Source: an uncultured delta proteobacterium (GTDB lineage: Bacteria > Desulfobacterota > BSN033 > UBA1163). Taken from it: DNA of 64,000 nt. How positions within the stretch are numbered: position 1 is the first letter of the stretch; every line of letters starts with the position of its first letter. Of this stretch, positions 60,049-64,000 are shown in pieces. Both the position numbers and the translations under genes were made by a program. Under the pieces are notes generated by a model. That model ran no database searches, had not been told where the DNA came from, and was given only the letters and a program-made list of their open reading frames with translations. The stretch covers positions 480,001 through 544,000 of the forward strand of contig CAWHBU010000002.1 in assembly GCA_963827685.1 (NCBI GenBank), written 5' to 3'.

Positions 60049-60954
60049 TCAAAATCTCTCCTCTTCATAAAGAGGGATAACTCTGAGAGAGCTGAGTTGA
60101 ATCGTTTTTACTCTTTGAATATCTCTGAGAGGAGTGGAGACCTTCACCACCTTTTTTTCTTCGAAGAAGTTTTTCATTATTCCCAAAGCCAGAGTCTCAT
60201 CATTACTATCCTTCAATCCTACCAGAAGACCACTGATCCGTAGTGACCAATCCAGAGGGATGGCCTCTCCACTAGGGTCAAGGACTTCTCCTTCTATCTG
60301 GACTTCTTCGATTGTAAATTCCTGGATCACAGAATCCTTAAAATAATCTCGAAATTTATTCGCCCTATTCACTCTCCGCTCTTCCATAGATCTCGGGCTA
60401 ACCTGTTCGGATAAGGGGAGACGATAGATTTTGCAAAGAGGGTTCCCCTCATACAGTTCTAAGATAGGCTCTATTTCATTAGATTTTTGTAAGGCAAAGA
60501 TAAAACGCGGGGAGAGGAGATCGATTTTTCTTCTTTTTAATTCTTTTCCTGCTTCACCTGAAACGAATCCAGTTGTGTCAACCAAGATCAATTCTGTGCC
60601 ATAAGAGATTGCTTTGTCCACCATCCTTTTTATCCCTTTTAGATGGAGAGGAAAATGCCCTTCGGGTGTGGTGGAGCCGACGAAGAAGATTTCCGGTGGC
60701 GATAGTACCACTTCCCAATCTGGATCCGATTTGAATACAGAAAGACCAATCGTGGTTGGGGGGCCAAGAGAGGATTGGCCGATGTCTGCGTCAACCAGGG
60801 CAACCTTTAATCCTTGTTGACAAAGGTTTAAGACTAAAAATTTTGCAAGAGTGCTCTTTCCCGTATCGGTTGCTCCAAGCAGAATTACGATTCCTTTTTC
60901 TTCCTTCAAAACATCCAAAAGCGCAAACCACTCTTTCGGTGCTATAATTTCCAT
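60049..60954 (-). CDS. Clp1/Grc3-family polynucleotide 5'-hydroxyl kinase
   Basis: GATDTGKST, DADIGQ..GPP, VDTTG, RS.EERR..R lid. Confidence 0.85.
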   Translation of the reverse strand: MEIIAPKEWFALLDVLKEEKGIVILLGATDTGKSTLAKFLVLNLCQQGLKVALVDADIGQSSLGPPTTIGLSVFKSDPDWEVVLSPPEIFFVGSTTPEGHFPLHLKGIKRMVDKAISYGTELILVDTTGFVSGEAGKELKRRKIDLLSPRFIFALQKSNEIEPILELYEGNPLCKIYRLPLSEQVSPRSMEERRVNRANKFRDYFKDSVIQEFTIEEVQIEGEVLDPSGEAIPLDWSLRISGLLVGLKDSNDETLALGIMKNFFEEKKVVKVSTPLRDIQRVKTIQLSSLRVIPLYEEERF

Positions 60955-61380
60955 AAGGTTGGTGGCATCCTAAATGTTGTTATCGTATTGGGACGGAGAA
61001 GGGAAGTCAAGGGGGAATGCTGCTGAGAAACATTCACTTCCCTAATTTTCGAAATGGGTGTATATTAGTCATATTTCACGATTGATAACCCTGATCCTAA
61101 GGACAAGATAAATTGTTTCAAATATTTTATTGCTCCAGTATGATATTGTTTAGATAATACCTTTCATAAATCCCTCCCCACCGTCCGGCGCCGGAGTCCC
61201 AATGCCTCGCTTGCGTGAGTAATGAGGCTCTGGACGGCGGCGCCTCCCTTCACGAATGGGAGGAGTAACCCCCCCTTTGAAAAGGGGGATTGAGGGGGAT
61301 TTTCGTTGTTCGAGGGTGACGCACCCGTCATGCCCCATTGCCTTGAAAGGCATAGAAGAGATGAATTGGGGGTAGTGATT

Positions 61381-61437
61381 AGGGTCAAGTTTTGCTTTTT
61401 GATATTTCATAAACATCAAGATTGAAAACCTGACCTT
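61381..61437. repeat. GGGTCAAG...CCTGACC REP-like hairpin; partial copies at ~61070-61097 and ~62510-62546
   Basis: agggtcaagttttgctttttgatatttca vs agggtcaagtcttgctctttgatatttca; atatttcacgattga shared with ~61071. Confidence 0.65.
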
Positions 61438-61514
61438 CTGATTTTCACTTGTTCTTGGCAAAAGGAGTATCTCGTCGAAATGAGGGTAATCTCACTTCGT
61501 GTAAGAAATAGACG

Positions 61515-62021
61515 ATGAAAAGACGAATTATAGAAATCGTTTTAGCGTTTATAATCGGAGCATTTACCTGTTGCGTGTTTTTTTCGATAATCGGAATTGT
61601 TGCGGTTTATGTTGAAATACCTTTACTAAAATTAATAAAATGGTATCGTTTATGGCCAAAAGACTATCGTATTTATAGTGCTTTCGTCGATAGTATTGTA
61701 TTTCAGTTATTTTCACAGATTCCCTTGACGGCTTTTTCAGGTACAGCTTTAGGCCTGATCATTACCAAAGGTCCAAAAAAACATGGAATGATAGCCGCCC
61801 TTGGAGCTATTTCTTTCTATATTTATTTACATCTTGAGTTTATTTTTAGGCTCAATAGGCTTACTGACGGTGATTTTGGCTCGATACAGCAAATGTTATC
61901 TTCATTCACAATATTCGACATTCAGTATGTGGTTTTTTGGGTTGTGCTTTTTATTCCGTTCACCAGTATTGGATATCGGTTAAAGAGCAAAAGAGGGTAT
62001 TCTCAGAGTCCCTATAAATGA
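61515..62021 (+). CDS. Hypothetical membrane protein
   Basis: About 4 hydrophobic helices, AT-rich. Confidence 0.6.
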   Translation: MKRRIIEIVLAFIIGAFTCCVFFSIIGIVAVYVEIPLLKLIKWYRLWPKDYRIYSAFVDSIVFQLFSQIPLTAFSGTALGLIITKGPKKHGMIAALGAISFYIYLHLEFIFRLNRLTDGDFGSIQQMLSSFTIFDIQYVVFWVVLFIPFTSIGYRLKSKRGYSQSPYK

Positions 62022-62464
62022 TATTTATGAAGGAATCTAGAACAAAAACTAACTGTTTAATGAAAACAGTTGATAAGAGCTTCAATAAAGGAACTCGCCT
62101 GTTCGTAACACCGATTATTATTTGGGTTGCCTATTATGGTTTCTTGCTTATCAAGGCCAGTGCGTTCACAGAACTATGGATAGAGTCATTATTGATAGGA
62201 GTAGCTCCTTATCTTTTTCTGTGGATTATTTCCTTTCGTTTACCTGACAAGGCTAAATTATGCAAGGTGGCTAGCCTTATAATCTTTTTCTTAACGGTGC
62301 TGACATGTATTATCAAATATTTTCAATCTCGAGATGCAGAAGAAGCGATAAAGATGTTCCTCGTACCATTTTTTCAGGCCGTAGTTATCTGGTGTTTGGG
62401 GCTGATTACATTAATCGGAATAACGGCAATGTATGTAAAAAGAAATAGCTTATCAGGAAAGTAA
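62018..62464 (+). CDS. Hypothetical membrane protein
   Basis: About 4 hydrophobic helices, AT-rich. Confidence 0.55.
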   Translation: MIFMKESRTKTNCLMKTVDKSFNKGTRLFVTPIIIWVAYYGFLLIKASAFTELWIESLLIGVAPYLFLWIISFRLPDKAKLCKVASLIIFFLTVLTCIIKYFQSRDAEEAIKMFLVPFFQAVVIWCLGLITLIGITAMYVKRNSLSGK

Positions 62465-62606
62465 AGGGGAGTAGAAAAAGGGGATTGTTCTATTTTAGGA
62501 TTTGGCAACTAGGGTCAAGTCTTGCTCTTTGATATTTCACGATTGAGGTATACTAGGGAGGGATACGACTCAGGTCCGCGTTAAATTAAGATAAGGAGAA
62601 AATCAA

Positions 62607-62969
62607 ATGAAGAAGATAGTTTTCTGTTTAGTTGTCTTTGCATTCATGGTATGCTGGCCCCTGGCAGGCGCGAATGCCGAACTTTCCAATACAGATATAG
62701 AATTTCTGAAGCAGTGCGGAGTTCAACAGACTGACATAGATATTATTCCGAAGCTTGACAAAGAAACTCAAGCTGAAATGTATGCATGGATCGCCGCAAG
62801 GGATTGTAGTAAATTGGAGCCTTTCAAAGCCTCCAGAAACCAATTGCGGGCAACCAGACCAAACACTCGTCCTCCAGCCGCTCCAGAAGGTTTTAGTCTC
62901 GATTACTTTACGGATGCTGAGTTTAAATATTACTTGGAGCTTCTTAGGATTCCACCTTCTTTTAAGTAA
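62607..62969 (+). CDS. Hypothetical secreted protein
   Basis: RBS AAGGAG; signal peptide ending A-N-A. Confidence 0.7.
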   Translation: MKKIVFCLVVFAFMVCWPLAGANAELSNTDIEFLKQCGVQQTDIDIIPKLDKETQAEMYAWIAARDCSKLEPFKASRNQLRATRPNTRPPAAPEGFSLDYFTDAEFKYYLELLRIPPSFK

Positions 62970-63229
62970 TAATGTGTTGAGAAAAAGTAGAGGAGGTAAA
63001 ATGAGATGAGAAAGTTGATTACAGTTTTGGTGTTGTCGGCTGTGTTGAAATAATATATGTGCAATTAGTCAGGAACTCCTAATGTCCCAGGTCGTTCAAC
63101 AGGAAGCCCTCACCAGGTTGCTTGTGGAGAAAGGGATATTCACCAAGGAGGAGTTTTGGGAGATGGTGAGGGTGGTAAATGAAGATGAAGAAGAAAAAGA
63201 AAGGAAAATAATAGAAGGAGGTTATTTCT

Positions 63230-63649
63230 ATGAAGTCTATATTATTAACTGTTTTGTTGGCTGGAGTGGTTTTGTTGATAGCTTCTTCTTGTGCTACGGT
63301 CCCAAGGGAGCCTCTTGCTTCAGGCGAGGTAAGATTATTAAGTATAGATGCTCTAGGAAGTGGTATCCAAGCGAATGTATCCTTTGCGGTTAATATTTTT
63401 TTTGAGGCAGCCGGTAAGCCAGAGATTAAAAAAGCCTGTTTCTATGAGCCAGGGGAGGAGCCATACTGTTTTGATGTATCGGATGCATCGTATTTAACCT
63501 TAGGAACGAAGAGAGCGTTCCAAGTGTACCTTCCTGGTGTTAACGTCGGTTCACATAGGGTGGAATGCTATGCTGAGTATATTCGAGACGGAGAGACAAG
63601 AAAGACTAATGTGGTATTTACCCAAATCTTAGCTGGCACCTATTCATAG
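63230..63649 (+). CDS. Hypothetical lipoprotein
   Basis: RBS AGGAGG; lipobox-like IASSC. Confidence 0.7.
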   Translation: MKSILLTVLLAGVVLLIASSCATVPREPLASGEVRLLSIDALGSGIQANVSFAVNIFFEAAGKPEIKKACFYEPGEEPYCFDVSDASYLTLGTKRAFQVYLPGVNVGSHRVECYAEYIRDGETRKTNVVFTQILAGTYS

Positions 63650-63673
63650 TCAAGGATTTTATGCCGGAAAAGA

Positions 63674-63784
63674 ATGGTTAAAAGTTTCAACGGAAATAAA
63701 TTAGCTGTTTCTATTGCATTTTCTCGACTGCGGGAGGACGGGGTAGTCAATATCAAGAATAGGGTGGGAACCTTTGTCGTCTGA
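63674..63784 (+). pseudogene. GntR-type winged-HTH fragment
   Basis: VSIAFSRLREDGVV....VGTFV*. Confidence 0.45.
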
Positions 63785-64000
63785 CAAGACTGTAGAATTC
63801 TGGTCTGGCTCGCTTTCTTCCTGTTATCAACGACCGGAGATTTTTTAAAAGTATACTTGATTTCAATTGCTAATTATCAGTGAGCCTTTTTCCTGACATA
63901 CATCCTCCTTCTGCACGTTTTCTAACGAGTCTGTAGAAATGGTCCTTTTTCATAAAAGAACGTTCGTGAGACTTGCTTTGCCCTTCTGTGCCATGGGACT

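Noticed and set aside
1-64000. CRISPR array, rRNA or tRNA genes
   Set aside because: No regularly spaced identical repeats with unique spacers and no recognisable tRNA/rRNA sequence seen by eye.

Overview
Bacterial chromosomal window; gene content suggests an anaerobic Desulfobacterota/deltaproteobacterium-like organism (inference). 1-5.9 kb: housekeeping genes (htpX, rsmB, LysE, rpe, DUF3786, PAC2, cytochrome c). 6-15.3 kb: accessory island of co-oriented minus-strand genes with defence-like domains (antitoxin plus truncated RelE, DUF2971-like, Schlafen AlbA_2, class III cyclase-like, TPR/Zn-ribbon, Ser/Thr kinase). Its genes are separated by a repeated promoter-bearing spacer and integron attC-like sequences, with no integrase in the window. 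15.7-24.3 kb: metabolic genes, including a benzoate-CoA ligase flanked by IS200/IS605-like MITEs. 24.4-40 kb: Wsp/Frz-type chemosensory operon with a 5xPAS+GAF receptor, a frameshifted cheB and a double-HisKA-REC protein, ending in a motif-degenerate PHP+ABC-ATPase (TrlF/Ppl-like). 42-60 kb: sigma54-controlled cluster with two Liv-type ABC importers and CoA-handling enzymes. 60-64 kb: a Clp1-like polynucleotide kinase and an AT-rich array of small membrane/secreted ORFs with REP-like spacers. Many REP/MITE-like repeats and gene relics occur throughout. No rRNA, tRNA or CRISPR array was seen. All family assignments come from motif recognition by eye, not database searches.
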